Shown: positions 44,318 through 53,456 of the stretch, piece by piece | How positions within the stretch are numbered: position 1 is the stretch's first letter | Layout: every line of letters begins with the position of its first letter | Origin: Planctomycetota bacterium | GTDB lineage: Bacteria; Planctomycetota; Phycisphaerae; UBA1845 | Assembly (NCBI GenBank): GCA_024280855.1 | Contig: JAJRPG010000051.1 | Location: 107-64,106, forward strand | DNA: 64,000 nucleotides | Direction of reading: 5' to 3' | Program-made: the position numbers and the translations under genes | The notes under the pieces: generated by a model | What the model saw: the letters and a program-made list of their open reading frames with translations, nothing else | Told to the model about the DNA's origin: nothing | Databases searched by the model: none

Positions 44318-45235
44318 GTGAATGCCGACGAGAAGAACTTCACCGAGCCGATCATCACCGCTGCGGCCCAAGTGGCTCAGTCTGTCGGTGCAGCTACGCT
44401 TTTTGCTTATGTAGGCTCCATTCGAGATTTGCCCGCTTTATCAGAGGCGATTAAACCCCCGACGAAATTAGTGTTGGTCTGTCGTGACCAGCAGGATATT
44501 GACAAAGCCAAGGAAATTTCTGCTCAGATTTTATCTGTTCCGAAGTTCTCGCTGACGCGAATGGGCCAGATCAAGATGGCTACCCTCATCGCGTTTTCTC
44601 AACAGCTTCTCAAGTCGGACGATGTTTTCGTATTTCTCACGGGGATTAGTGAAGGCGACATTGATACGTTAGTGACCATGCGCGTGGGTAAGGAATACGA
44701 AATTTTTCGCAGCGTAGGCCAGCCCAAACTTACCGAACACATTCGTCGGCCAGTGTTCGAGCGCGTGCTTCGGTTGACGCTGGAACTCGCGCATGAAGGT
44801 CGTGAGGGTAAGCCGGTCGGTGCGTTGTTTGTCATTGGCGATCATCGTGAAGTGCAAAAGTATAGCCATGAGGGTCGGATTAATCCGTTTAAGGGTTACA
44901 CGGAAAAAGAGCGGAACATTCTGGACGATTCTATCGGTGATACTGTTAAGGAAATCGCTAAGCTGGACGGCGCGTTTATTATTAAAGGTAACGGTGTGAT
45001 TGTTTCAGCTTGTGCGACCTTGCGGCCTGCGATTTCAGATGAGCCTATCCCGCAGGGTGTTGGCACTCGTCACGCAGCAGCGGCTAGTATCACCGGGTGT
45101 ACCAAGAGCATTGCGATGACACTTTCGGAATCCACCGGCGATGTGCGTGTGTGGCGATTGGGTTCGATGATTACCGAGATTGAAAAGCAACCAGCAGGCA
45201 GCATGGATGGTACCAAGCCGCCATTGGCAGGATAA
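44318..45235 (+). CDS. Diadenylate cyclase (DAC/DisA_N domain) without TM helices; N-terminal pyruvate-kinase-C-like regulatory domain suspected
   Basis: The C-terminal DAC motifs are LDGAFIIKGNGVI and GTRHAAAASIT...SESTGDVRVW. The N-terminal roughly 130 aa are soluble and alpha/beta-like. Confidence 0.7.
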   Translation: MNADEKNFTEPIITAAAQVAQSVGAATLFAYVGSIRDLPALSEAIKPPTKLVLVCRDQQDIDKAKEISAQILSVPKFSLTRMGQIKMATLIAFSQQLLKSDDVFVFLTGISEGDIDTLVTMRVGKEYEIFRSVGQPKLTEHIRRPVFERVLRLTLELAHEGREGKPVGALFVIGDHREVQKYSHEGRINPFKGYTEKERNILDDSIGDTVKEIAKLDGAFIIKGNGVIVSACATLRPAISDEPIPQGVGTRHAAAASITGCTKSIAMTLSESTGDVRVWRLGSMITEIEKQPAGSMDGTKPPLAG

Positions 45236-45304
45236 AAACAGAACCGCGCCCGTCAGGAAGCGGCTTCTTATTGGCTCCCGATGAACATTGAATCGTCCAA
45301 TTGT

Positions 45305-47077
45305 TTACTGAGGTGACTGAGTCAAGCCATTATGCGCATTGACTGTCGCCGCGAGCGTTCGTGGCTTTTCAGGAACCTTTGGCCCCAGCAACACAAGCAC
45401 CGTTTCTTTGCGGCCACCGTTTTTTTCATTAAGCGAATTGGCCTGCTCGACATCAATGTTAACCAGGCTAATGGTGTGCATGCTTTCTCTTTGAACCGTG
45501 ATTAGCGGTGTTTGATGTTGCCAGGCCTGAATGTCTTGTTCAGGCAAATGCACGCCATAGTCCCACGTTTCGGGTTGGCCTAGCCATTGCAAAGGCGTTG
45601 CAATTAGGTATGCCTGACTCGGTGACGGTAACGGTTCGGCGCGGGATGCGATGTCAACCGTGGCCTTTTTCCACCACGGTGGCGACTGATCGCTCACGGC
45701 TACGCGTAGTCTGGATCGCATATTAGCTGGGAACATGATTCTATGTCTGCGGTATAGCGAGGGCGGCATGAAAATTTTGTAGTCTTTGTTAATAGGTTGC
45801 GACTGGATATAGTTGGCAATTTTCTCCACAGCTAGGGCAACACGTTGGGTATCGCGCTTACGGAAAACGTATAATTCGCGTGGGTTGGCGTAGGCAAGCA
45901 TCACGATAATAGCCATGACTACAGGCCAGCATCGACGGATAATGATTGGGTTTAATTTATAAGCCAGGCAACGACGTAGTGACCAAGCCAGACAAAGTGC
46001 GAATGGAATGCAGGCTAGTAAATCATTTCGCCCTTCAAATACAGGGTATGGCTGAGGCCCGTTTCTAAAATTCACGGGTAGGAAAGCCACCAGCAAATAG
46101 GCCGCTAGTGCCCAAATGCCAATCCAACGCCCACGGCGATTTACCGCGACGACGACAAGAACTGCGGGCCAAAAGACAACGGAGATAATCCCCCAGCCGA
46201 ATGTCTTGTATTCCAGCATAACTATTGTTAGCCGTTTCCATATCAAACCGGTTAACGTCGCTGCTTCGTGAAATCCGTTTACTGGATATATCCAGTTGAT
46301 AGCGTTGGTATTGCCGAGTGCGTGAACGCGGAACCAGAAATCATTGGCTACCCGCATGTAAAAAACGCTTTCGGCGAGAAAGTAAGTTATTAAACCAGCG
46401 CCGCAAATCGTGATGGTACCAAGGCGGACCGCCCAAGACGCCTTAAGATGTGCGCTTATAATGGCGGCAACCGCGACGAAGGTGTAGACGGAAAATTCCT
46501 TGGCTGAAGTCGCCAAGCCAACGAACAGGCCACATGTAAGACTAAGTAGTATGATACGTTTTGGGGATTGGCATCGTACGATGGCCATAGTGATTAGTAC
46601 TGCACTGACACTCCAAAGGCACGCTTGAGTTTCGGGATAGGCTGTGGTCGAGAGAATGCGATAGTAGGGTAATACTGAAATAATGGTCGCTGCGCAAAGT
46701 CCTTCCCACCAACCCCACACGCGGCGACCTAATAATGCGATCAGCCATACGCACAGCAAGGAGGCTAAAAAAGAGGGGAGTGCAATAGCTGCGGGGTTTT
46801 CGCCAAACACAACCATAGACAGGGCGATGGGAGCAATGACGGATAGTCGAGCGTAGTGATGATGGGTGCGTTGGATGGTTTCGCCGGTCAGAAGATGTTC
46901 CGCAGCACAATAATAGGAGACATCATCCGAACCAAGCCAGCCGGTGGGGGACGTGAGTCGTACCGAAACCGTCATAACCATTAACGTGATTAGCCAAAGC
47001 GCTGCCCATGTAGGTATGCCTTGGCGACGTTGCCCAGTGTTTTCAAGATCAGTTTGTAACGCGTCGTTGGTTAACAT
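45305..47077 (-). CDS. GT-C family glycosyltransferase (ArnT / PMT_2-like)
   Basis: 590 aa. The first loop carries the acidic motif (GSDDVSYYCAAEHLLTGE) typical of GT39/GT83 enzymes, followed by about 11 more helices and a soluble C-terminal domain. Confidence 0.55.
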   Translation of the reverse strand: MLTNDALQTDLENTGQRRQGIPTWAALWLITLMVMTVSVRLTSPTGWLGSDDVSYYCAAEHLLTGETIQRTHHHYARLSVIAPIALSMVVFGENPAAIALPSFLASLLCVWLIALLGRRVWGWWEGLCAATIISVLPYYRILSTTAYPETQACLWSVSAVLITMAIVRCQSPKRIILLSLTCGLFVGLATSAKEFSVYTFVAVAAIISAHLKASWAVRLGTITICGAGLITYFLAESVFYMRVANDFWFRVHALGNTNAINWIYPVNGFHEAATLTGLIWKRLTIVMLEYKTFGWGIISVVFWPAVLVVVAVNRRGRWIGIWALAAYLLVAFLPVNFRNGPQPYPVFEGRNDLLACIPFALCLAWSLRRCLAYKLNPIIIRRCWPVVMAIIVMLAYANPRELYVFRKRDTQRVALAVEKIANYIQSQPINKDYKIFMPPSLYRRHRIMFPANMRSRLRVAVSDQSPPWWKKATVDIASRAEPLPSPSQAYLIATPLQWLGQPETWDYGVHLPEQDIQAWQHQTPLITVQRESMHTISLVNIDVEQANSLNEKNGGRKETVLVLLGPKVPEKPRTLAATVNAHNGLTQSPQ

Positions 47078-47109
47078 GGTATGGATGACGCTAGCGTGGC
47101 ACTCTCAGG

Positions 47110-47850
47110 TTATTTGCTTCCTTCTGCGACCAAGGCAATGCGCATCGAATAGTCGCACATCCCTGGTATCCGATGCAGTAGTGAATCGAACGGGCGAAGC
47201 ATGGACACGACCGATTGATTAACTCCGTTGGGGATAAAAGCGAAATGGCCAAGTTTGTTGACTTGCATCCCGGCTTCCTTAATCAGCTTGCATAGCGATG
47301 AACGCGTAGATTGACTTACTTCACTGTACCACTCACGCATTTCATTTTTACCAGTCATACGCATCATGCGGTAAAGGGGCGATCGACCATTCATATCAAG
47401 GATGACGAGCTTGCCAGTTTTCGTCAATAATTGGTTGTAACAACGAAGCGCTTCGCACTTATTGGGATAATAGCTAAACGTATTGACGCCTAAAATGATG
47501 TCAAACTGGTTTTGTACGACAGCTTTATCAAGATAATCTTTAGGATTCTCGCAGTCGCCTTCGACATATGTAGCTTCAGGGCAGCGCCGACGTGCGCATT
47601 CGATTATGTTGTGGCTGATATCCATCGCGGTTACATGGCAGCCATGGTCAACCAGCCATTTAGTGTAAAAGCCAGTTCCACAGCCAAGTTCGAGAACGTG
47701 GCTGCCTTTAGGAATCGTTTCACGCAAAAAAGGCTCGTAGTAATGCGTGAAATTGTGGCCTTGGCCTGCCCAGGAGACGCCATGCTTGTTGTCATAGACG
47801 CTGGCGTAGCGGTCGTAATATTTCTGAATTAAAGCTGTCTTCCCATGCAT
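47110..47850 (-). CDS. Class I SAM-dependent methyltransferase
   Basis: SAM-binding motif I VLELGCGTGFYT, post-I acidic residue (VTAMDIS) and motif II-like FDIILGVNTF. Confidence 0.8.
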   Translation of the reverse strand: MHGKTALIQKYYDRYASVYDNKHGVSWAGQGHNFTHYYEPFLRETIPKGSHVLELGCGTGFYTKWLVDHGCHVTAMDISHNIIECARRRCPEATYVEGDCENPKDYLDKAVVQNQFDIILGVNTFSYYPNKCEALRCYNQLLTKTGKLVILDMNGRSPLYRMMRMTGKNEMREWYSEVSQSTRSSLCKLIKEAGMQVNKLGHFAFIPNGVNQSVVSMLRPFDSLLHRIPGMCDYSMRIALVAEGSK

Positions 47851-48116
47851 TTAAAGAAACTCCAGACCCTGGGGTTGGCCATGCATGTCCTCATCATAGC
47901 CTGCTGCATCCCGCGCCTCATAGGATTATCGGTAGTTTTTTACGTCCACTAAAAGTGCTATCCAGGGGGGCTGATTCTATTTTTTCCCTGACTTCCGCTT
48001 TGGAACGCAAATTGCGGGGCGCATTATGGGGCTGGCTACCCGCGTAACGGTAGTGAATCCCGGTTCGTGGGCTGGAATCATTCATTTACGATCCTTAGGC
48101 GCAATGGAGAAACGTC

Positions 48117-51100
48117 ATGTCAGTACAAAATGTGACAATAGACGGTAACGAGGCTGCGGCATATGTGGCCTACCATACCAACGAAGTGATAGCTATTTAC
48201 CCTATTACACCAGCCTCGACGATGGGTGAGCTGTCAGACGCGTGGTCTGCGGTAAATAAACGTAATATCTACGATGCAGTGCCGCGAGTCATAGAGATGC
48301 AAAGCGAAGCCGGGGCAGCAGGCACTTGTCACGGCGCGTTGCAGGCTGGGTCACTGACCACGACATTTACCGCGTCGCAAGGCTTGTTGTTGATGATTCC
48401 CAATATGTTCAAAATCGCTGGTGAACTATCGCCCACGGTTTTCCATATCGCAGCCCGGACTTTGGCGACTCATGCTTTGTCCATTTTTGGCGACCATAGT
48501 GATGTGATGGCTGCTCGAACGACGGGGTGGGCGATGTTGGCGTCTTCTTCAGTACAAGAAGCTCAAGACATGGCTTTGATCTCGCAGGCGGCGACCCTCA
48601 AATCGCGTATTCCGTTTCTACATTTTTTTGATGGATTCCGTACTTCTCACGAAATCAACAAAATTGAGCAGGTCAGCCTGGGTGATATTCGGGAGATGAT
48701 TGATGACGAATTGGTCGAAGCCCATCGCAATCGGGCCATGAGTCCCGATCACCCTGTGTTACGCGGTACGGCCCAAAACCCCGACGTTTTTTTCCAGGCC
48801 CGAGAAGCCGCTAATCAATTTTATGATGCAACACCTTCGATTGTTCAGCAAACGATGGACCAATTCGCCGCGATGACTGGCCGATCTTATCACCTATTTG
48901 ATTATGGCGGCGCTGATGATGCGACGCGGGTAATTATCATCATGGGTTCAGGTGCAGGCGCAGTGCAAGAAGCCGTCGAAAGCATGCGTGCACGTGGCGA
49001 AAAAGTGGGTGTATTAAAAGTTCGTCTGTTTCGTCCATTTGATACCCGTGCTTTTATCGACGCCTTGCCCAAATCGACCCGTTCGATTGCGGTGTTAGAT
49101 CGAACGAAAGAGCCTGGCGCCATCGGTGAGCCGTTATATCAGGATGTAGTTACCGCTTTGTCTGAAGTTTGGCATCGCGCTGACCATAATGGCGCGCTTC
49201 CGAAGGTGATAGGCGGGCGTTATGGATTATCTTCCAAGGAATTTACACCAGCGATGGCTATGCGTGTCTTTGATGAACTTGACCACGACGAGCCGAAAAA
49301 TCATTTCACCATAGGTATCGTGGACGACGTGACGCATACTTCGCTGAAGTGGGACCGGGAAGCTTTTTCGGAGCCGTCGGATGTTACGCGGGCCATATTT
49401 TACGGGTTAGGTAGCGACGGCACGGTCGGTGCTAATAAAAATTCTGTGAAAATTATTGGTGAAAATACAGATTTATTTGCCCAGGGATATTTCGTCTACG
49501 ACTCTCGCAAAGCGGGATCGGTGACCACCTCACATTTACGTTTTAGTCCCAGGCCAATTAAGTCTACTTACCTAATAGAACAAGCTGGCTTCGTCGCATG
49601 TCATCAATTTTCTCTACTGTCGCATATGGACGTATTAGCGCACGCGGCTCAAGGGGCGACCTTTTTACTTAACTGTCCCTATGGCCCGGACGAAGTGTGG
49701 GGGAAACTTCCGGTTGAAGTTCAGGAAGTCATCATCAGTAAGAAGCTAAAATTCTTTGTCGTAGATGGAAACCATGTGGCGTTACAAGCCAAGATGGGCA
49801 TGCGCATCAATACGATTATGCAGGCATGTTTTTTCGCTCTCAGTGGTATCCTGCCGCGTGAACAAGCTATTCAGCAAATTAAAGAAGCCATCCGCAAGAC
49901 ATACAGCAAACGCGGTGAAACCATTTTGGAACGTAACTACGCGGCTGTCGATGGTGCATTGGCTGAGATGTATGAAGTGGCTGTTCCTGAGAAAACGGCT
50001 GGACAACTTATTCGCCAGCGAGCTGTTCCAGAGCAAGCACCAGATTTTGTGCAGCGCGTTACAGCTATGATTATTGAAGGCAAAGGAGATTTGTTACCGG
50101 TTAGTGCGATGCCAGTTGATGGCACTTTCTTAACGGGGACTACAAAATACGAGAAGCGTAGCATTGCTCACGAGATTCCCATTTGGGATTCAGAAATTTG
50201 CATCGAATGTGGCCTATGTCCTTTGGTTTGTCCACACGCGGCTATTCGTATGAAGCCGTTTGAAGAAAATGAGCTTGATAGTGCGCCAGAAAATTTCCCC
50301 TCAATGTCTTGGAGGGGAAAAGATTTTCCTAATTATCGCATGACGATTCAGGTTGCGCCAGACGACTGCACCGGCTGCGGTGTTTGTGTAGATGTTTGCC
50401 CGGCTAAGAGTAAAGAAGTGGCGAAACACAAGGCGATCAATATGTCCCCCAAGGACGATCATCTGGAACGCGAACGGGCTAATTTCGACTTCTTCTTGAA
50501 AATTCCAGAAGTTGATCGCAGTCTGGTTGTGATGGATACGATCAAGGGTTCACAGATGCTAGAGCCGTTGTTTGAGTTTTCGGGGGCGTGTGCCGGTTGT
50601 GGCGAGACGCCTTATCTCAAACTACTATCGCAGTTATTTGGCGATCATATCATGATCGCTAACGCCACCGGATGCTCGTCTATCTACGGTGGAAATTTGC
50701 CAACCACGCCGTGGACAACCAATAAAGAGGGTCGCGGTCCAACCTGGTCAAACTCGCTATTTGAAGATAATGCGGAATTCGGTTTGGGCTTGCGTATGGG
50801 CTATGACTACAAGCGTCTATACGCTCAACAGTTATTGAAAAAGCTATCTCCTAAGGTTGGCGATCAACTCGTCCACGCCATTTTAGAATCCGAGCATTTA
50901 AGTGAGCAAGAAATCACGGAGCAGCGCAAGCGGGTTGCGATTCTAAAGCATAAACTTAGCGAATTTGACGGTCAGGATGCGCTCCGATTACTCACCTTAG
51001 CTGATGACCTAGTGCGTAAGAGTACATGGATCGTTGGTGGTGATGGGTGGGCTTACGACATTGGTTACGGTGGCTTGGATCATGTGATAGCGTCAGGTCA

Positions 51101-51695
51101 TGATGTCAACATCCTCGTGTTGGATACGGGCGTATATTCCAACACCGGGGGCCAGGCGTCTAAATCAACACCGCGTGCAGCCGTCGCAAAATTTGCGGCC
51201 GGTGGCAAAACAGCTCGCCGCAAAGACCTCGGTATGATCGCGGTAGCATATGGCTCGGTATATGTAGCGCAAATCGCTGTTGGCGCGAATCCTCGGCAGA
51301 CGATTCGAGCCTTTATGGAAGCAGAAAGTTATCGTGGCCCATCGTTGATTATCGCCTATAGCCAATGTATTGCGCATGGGATTGAGATGTCTACTGGGAT
51401 GTCTCATCAAAAGGAAGCAGTCAACAGTGGTTTTTGGCCTTTGTATCGCTTTGATCCCAGATTATCGAAGAATGGAAATCATCCGTTCCATCTGGATAGT
51501 AGAAAACCAACGATCAGATTCAAGGAATTTGCGATGAAGGAAGCGCGATTCGCTATGCTCGCTCGCGGAGATAAACAGCGGGCTGATGAACTAATGACTT
51601 TGGCGCAGCAGGATGTGGATGAGCAATGGCATCTGTACGAACAGATGGCTAATGTCGAGCGCACCATCACATTAAACGTGGAGGCAAACGCATGA
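48117..51695 (+). CDS. nifJ: Pyruvate:ferredoxin (flavodoxin) oxidoreductase, single-polypeptide NifJ/PFOR type
   Basis: 1192 aa. It begins IDGNEAAAYVAYHTNEVIAIYPITPAS, has two ferredoxin-type CxxCxxCxxxCP motifs (CIECGLCPLVCP, CTGCGVCVDVCP) and a TPP-binding region (GGDGWAYDIGYGGLDH). Confidence 0.95.
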   Translation: MSVQNVTIDGNEAAAYVAYHTNEVIAIYPITPASTMGELSDAWSAVNKRNIYDAVPRVIEMQSEAGAAGTCHGALQAGSLTTTFTASQGLLLMIPNMFKIAGELSPTVFHIAARTLATHALSIFGDHSDVMAARTTGWAMLASSSVQEAQDMALISQAATLKSRIPFLHFFDGFRTSHEINKIEQVSLGDIREMIDDELVEAHRNRAMSPDHPVLRGTAQNPDVFFQAREAANQFYDATPSIVQQTMDQFAAMTGRSYHLFDYGGADDATRVIIIMGSGAGAVQEAVESMRARGEKVGVLKVRLFRPFDTRAFIDALPKSTRSIAVLDRTKEPGAIGEPLYQDVVTALSEVWHRADHNGALPKVIGGRYGLSSKEFTPAMAMRVFDELDHDEPKNHFTIGIVDDVTHTSLKWDREAFSEPSDVTRAIFYGLGSDGTVGANKNSVKIIGENTDLFAQGYFVYDSRKAGSVTTSHLRFSPRPIKSTYLIEQAGFVACHQFSLLSHMDVLAHAAQGATFLLNCPYGPDEVWGKLPVEVQEVIISKKLKFFVVDGNHVALQAKMGMRINTIMQACFFALSGILPREQAIQQIKEAIRKTYSKRGETILERNYAAVDGALAEMYEVAVPEKTAGQLIRQRAVPEQAPDFVQRVTAMIIEGKGDLLPVSAMPVDGTFLTGTTKYEKRSIAHEIPIWDSEICIECGLCPLVCPHAAIRMKPFEENELDSAPENFPSMSWRGKDFPNYRMTIQVAPDDCTGCGVCVDVCPAKSKEVAKHKAINMSPKDDHLERERANFDFFLKIPEVDRSLVVMDTIKGSQMLEPLFEFSGACAGCGETPYLKLLSQLFGDHIMIANATGCSSIYGGNLPTTPWTTNKEGRGPTWSNSLFEDNAEFGLGLRMGYDYKRLYAQQLLKKLSPKVGDQLVHAILESEHLSEQEITEQRKRVAILKHKLSEFDGQDALRLLTLADDLVRKSTWIVGGDGWAYDIGYGGLDHVIASGHDVNILVLDTGVYSNTGGQASKSTPRAAVAKFAAGGKTARRKDLGMIAVAYGSVYVAQIAVGANPRQTIRAFMEAESYRGPSLIIAYSQCIAHGIEMSTGMSHQKEAVNSGFWPLYRFDPRLSKNGNHPFHLDSRKPTIRFKEFAMKEARFAMLARGDKQRADELMTLAQQDVDEQWHLYEQMANVERTITLNVEANA

Positions 51696-52699
51696 GCATT
51701 TCTCTTAAAACAGAGTATCTTGGCCTGAATCTGAATAATCCAATCGTCGCTTCAGCGTCTCCGCTAACGGGTAACGTTGAATCGCTTGTACAATTAGAAA
51801 AAGCTGGCGCTGCGGCTGTTGTATTACCCTCTTTGTTTGAAGAGCAGATCGAGCATGAAGCGCAAGAGGTTCATCACTTGCTAGCATTTGGTGCCGAGTC
51901 CACGCCTGAGGCGATCAATTATTTCCCTGAATTAGCTTCTTATAATACAGGTCCAGATACATACATTCAGTTGATTAAAGACGCGAAGCAAGTGTTGGGG
52001 ATTCCAGTGATAGCTAGTCTAAATGGTATCTCGCGTGGCGGATGGGTTCGCTATGCAAAATTAATCCAATCTGCGGGCGCAGATGCGCTCGAGCTAAACA
52101 TTTATTTCGTGCCAACAGATGCTAATGTGTCTGGTGATGAGGTAGAACAACGCTACATAGACTTAGTGCGCGATGTACGAGAAGTGGTTTCGCTGCCATT
52201 GTCTGTGAAAATTTCTCCCTATTTCAGCAGCCCGGCTAATATGGCTAATAAACTTATAAAAGCTGGTGCAAATGGTCTGGTATTGTTCAACAGATTTGTC
52301 CAACCTGATATTGATTTAGAGACGATGCAAATGGTCTCACAACTCGAATTAAGTCAATCGAGCGAAGCCCGACAGGCTCTGCAATGGATCGGAGTTTTAC
52401 ACAATCGCATCAACGCTTCGTTAGCCGCGACGGGTGGCATACACGCTCGTGAAGACCTGATTAAACTTCTGTTGGTAGGCGCAGACGTTGTCATGATCGC
52501 TTCTTCACTTATCAAGAAAGGTCCATCTCATGTCAGCAAGCTAATTGAAGGCTTGTATGATTGGCTTGGTGGATATGAATACGCTTCAGTCGGGCAAATG
52601 AAGGGTAGCATGTGTTACGATCATTGCCCTAATCCTAAAGGCTATGACCGCAGTAATTATATGAAAGCGCTCGTGAACTATACCAGTAAAAGTGCGTAG
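51692..52699 (+). CDS. Dihydroorotate dehydrogenase-like TIM-barrel flavoprotein (PFOR-associated)
   Basis: YLGLNLNNPIVASASPLTG, ADALELNIY and TGGIHAREDLIKLLLVGADVVMIAS resemble class 1 DHOD / DHOD-like proteins. The start overlaps the nifJ stop. Confidence 0.65.
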   Translation: MSISLKTEYLGLNLNNPIVASASPLTGNVESLVQLEKAGAAAVVLPSLFEEQIEHEAQEVHHLLAFGAESTPEAINYFPELASYNTGPDTYIQLIKDAKQVLGIPVIASLNGISRGGWVRYAKLIQSAGADALELNIYFVPTDANVSGDEVEQRYIDLVRDVREVVSLPLSVKISPYFSSPANMANKLIKAGANGLVLFNRFVQPDIDLETMQMVSQLELSQSSEARQALQWIGVLHNRINASLAATGGIHAREDLIKLLLVGADVVMIASSLIKKGPSHVSKLIEGLYDWLGGYEYASVGQMKGSMCYDHCPNPKGYDRSNYMKALVNYTSKSA

Positions 52700-52784
52700 T
52701 ACATATTCGTCATAGTATGGTGCAGTAGCTCCATCGTACCAGCATGTTGACATGCGGCTGCGTTATGTGGCTAACTACTGCTAA

Positions 52785-53384
52785 TCAAAGCCCTGCGAGT
52801 TGTGTCGCTTCGGCTAACATTTTCTTCTCAGCGTCGCTTAGCGAAAGTTCTGAGATTCGGTCTCGGCCTGCTTCGGTCATTTTTCTTAGCGTACCCATGA
52901 GTACACGAAGTGATTTGTCGCTGTCCCATTCGTTGGCGTATTTGTGTAGCTTAGTCTCAAAAAACACCAGGCAGTCCGCGTCTTCGAGAATGCAGGCCTC
53001 TGGGTCGTCGGGCCAATTGGCTCGCAAGATGAAGGCTTTTACCGCCTCGATTCCTTCGGCGGGATAGTCGGCTTTTTGTAGCGTCTTTTCAGCTTCGCTA
53101 GCATGGTAATTAGCCAATGCCTTACGCCATTCGTGATAGCCCGGCGTAGTCTTTGGGTATGTATCGCGCGGTATCATCCAGCGGCACATCGTGTGTGACC
53201 GGGCAGCAAGGAGAAGCGCCTCGGAAGGGGGATCGGTCAGCTTTTCTACCCATTGGTAAACTCGTTGCGAGAATAATAATTCACACGGAAAATCTTCCCC
53301 TTCTACATTTTCTTTGCGCGGGTCTAGTGCGTTTGCGTCGTCAATAAGTTGAATAGCTTGATCGAATGCTTGTGTGTAAACCAT
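52785..53384 (-). CDS. DUF4202-like protein
   Basis: The 199-aa helical protein has blocks ELLFSQRVYQWVEKL, LLAARSHTMCRWMIPR, GYHEWRKALANYHA and LEDADCLVFFE, which match my recollection of DUF4202. Confidence 0.5.
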   Translation of the reverse strand: MVYTQAFDQAIQLIDDANALDPRKENVEGEDFPCELLFSQRVYQWVEKLTDPPSEALLLAARSHTMCRWMIPRDTYPKTTPGYHEWRKALANYHASEAEKTLQKADYPAEGIEAVKAFILRANWPDDPEACILEDADCLVFFETKLHKYANEWDSDKSLRVLMGTLRKMTEAGRDRISELSLSDAEKKMLAEATQLAGL

Positions 53385-53456
53385 CGGAAAAATCCTTCAT
53401 AGAAAGAAAATCATCGATGGGAGTTTAATATGTTTGGAAGTAACCGTCGAGTATGC

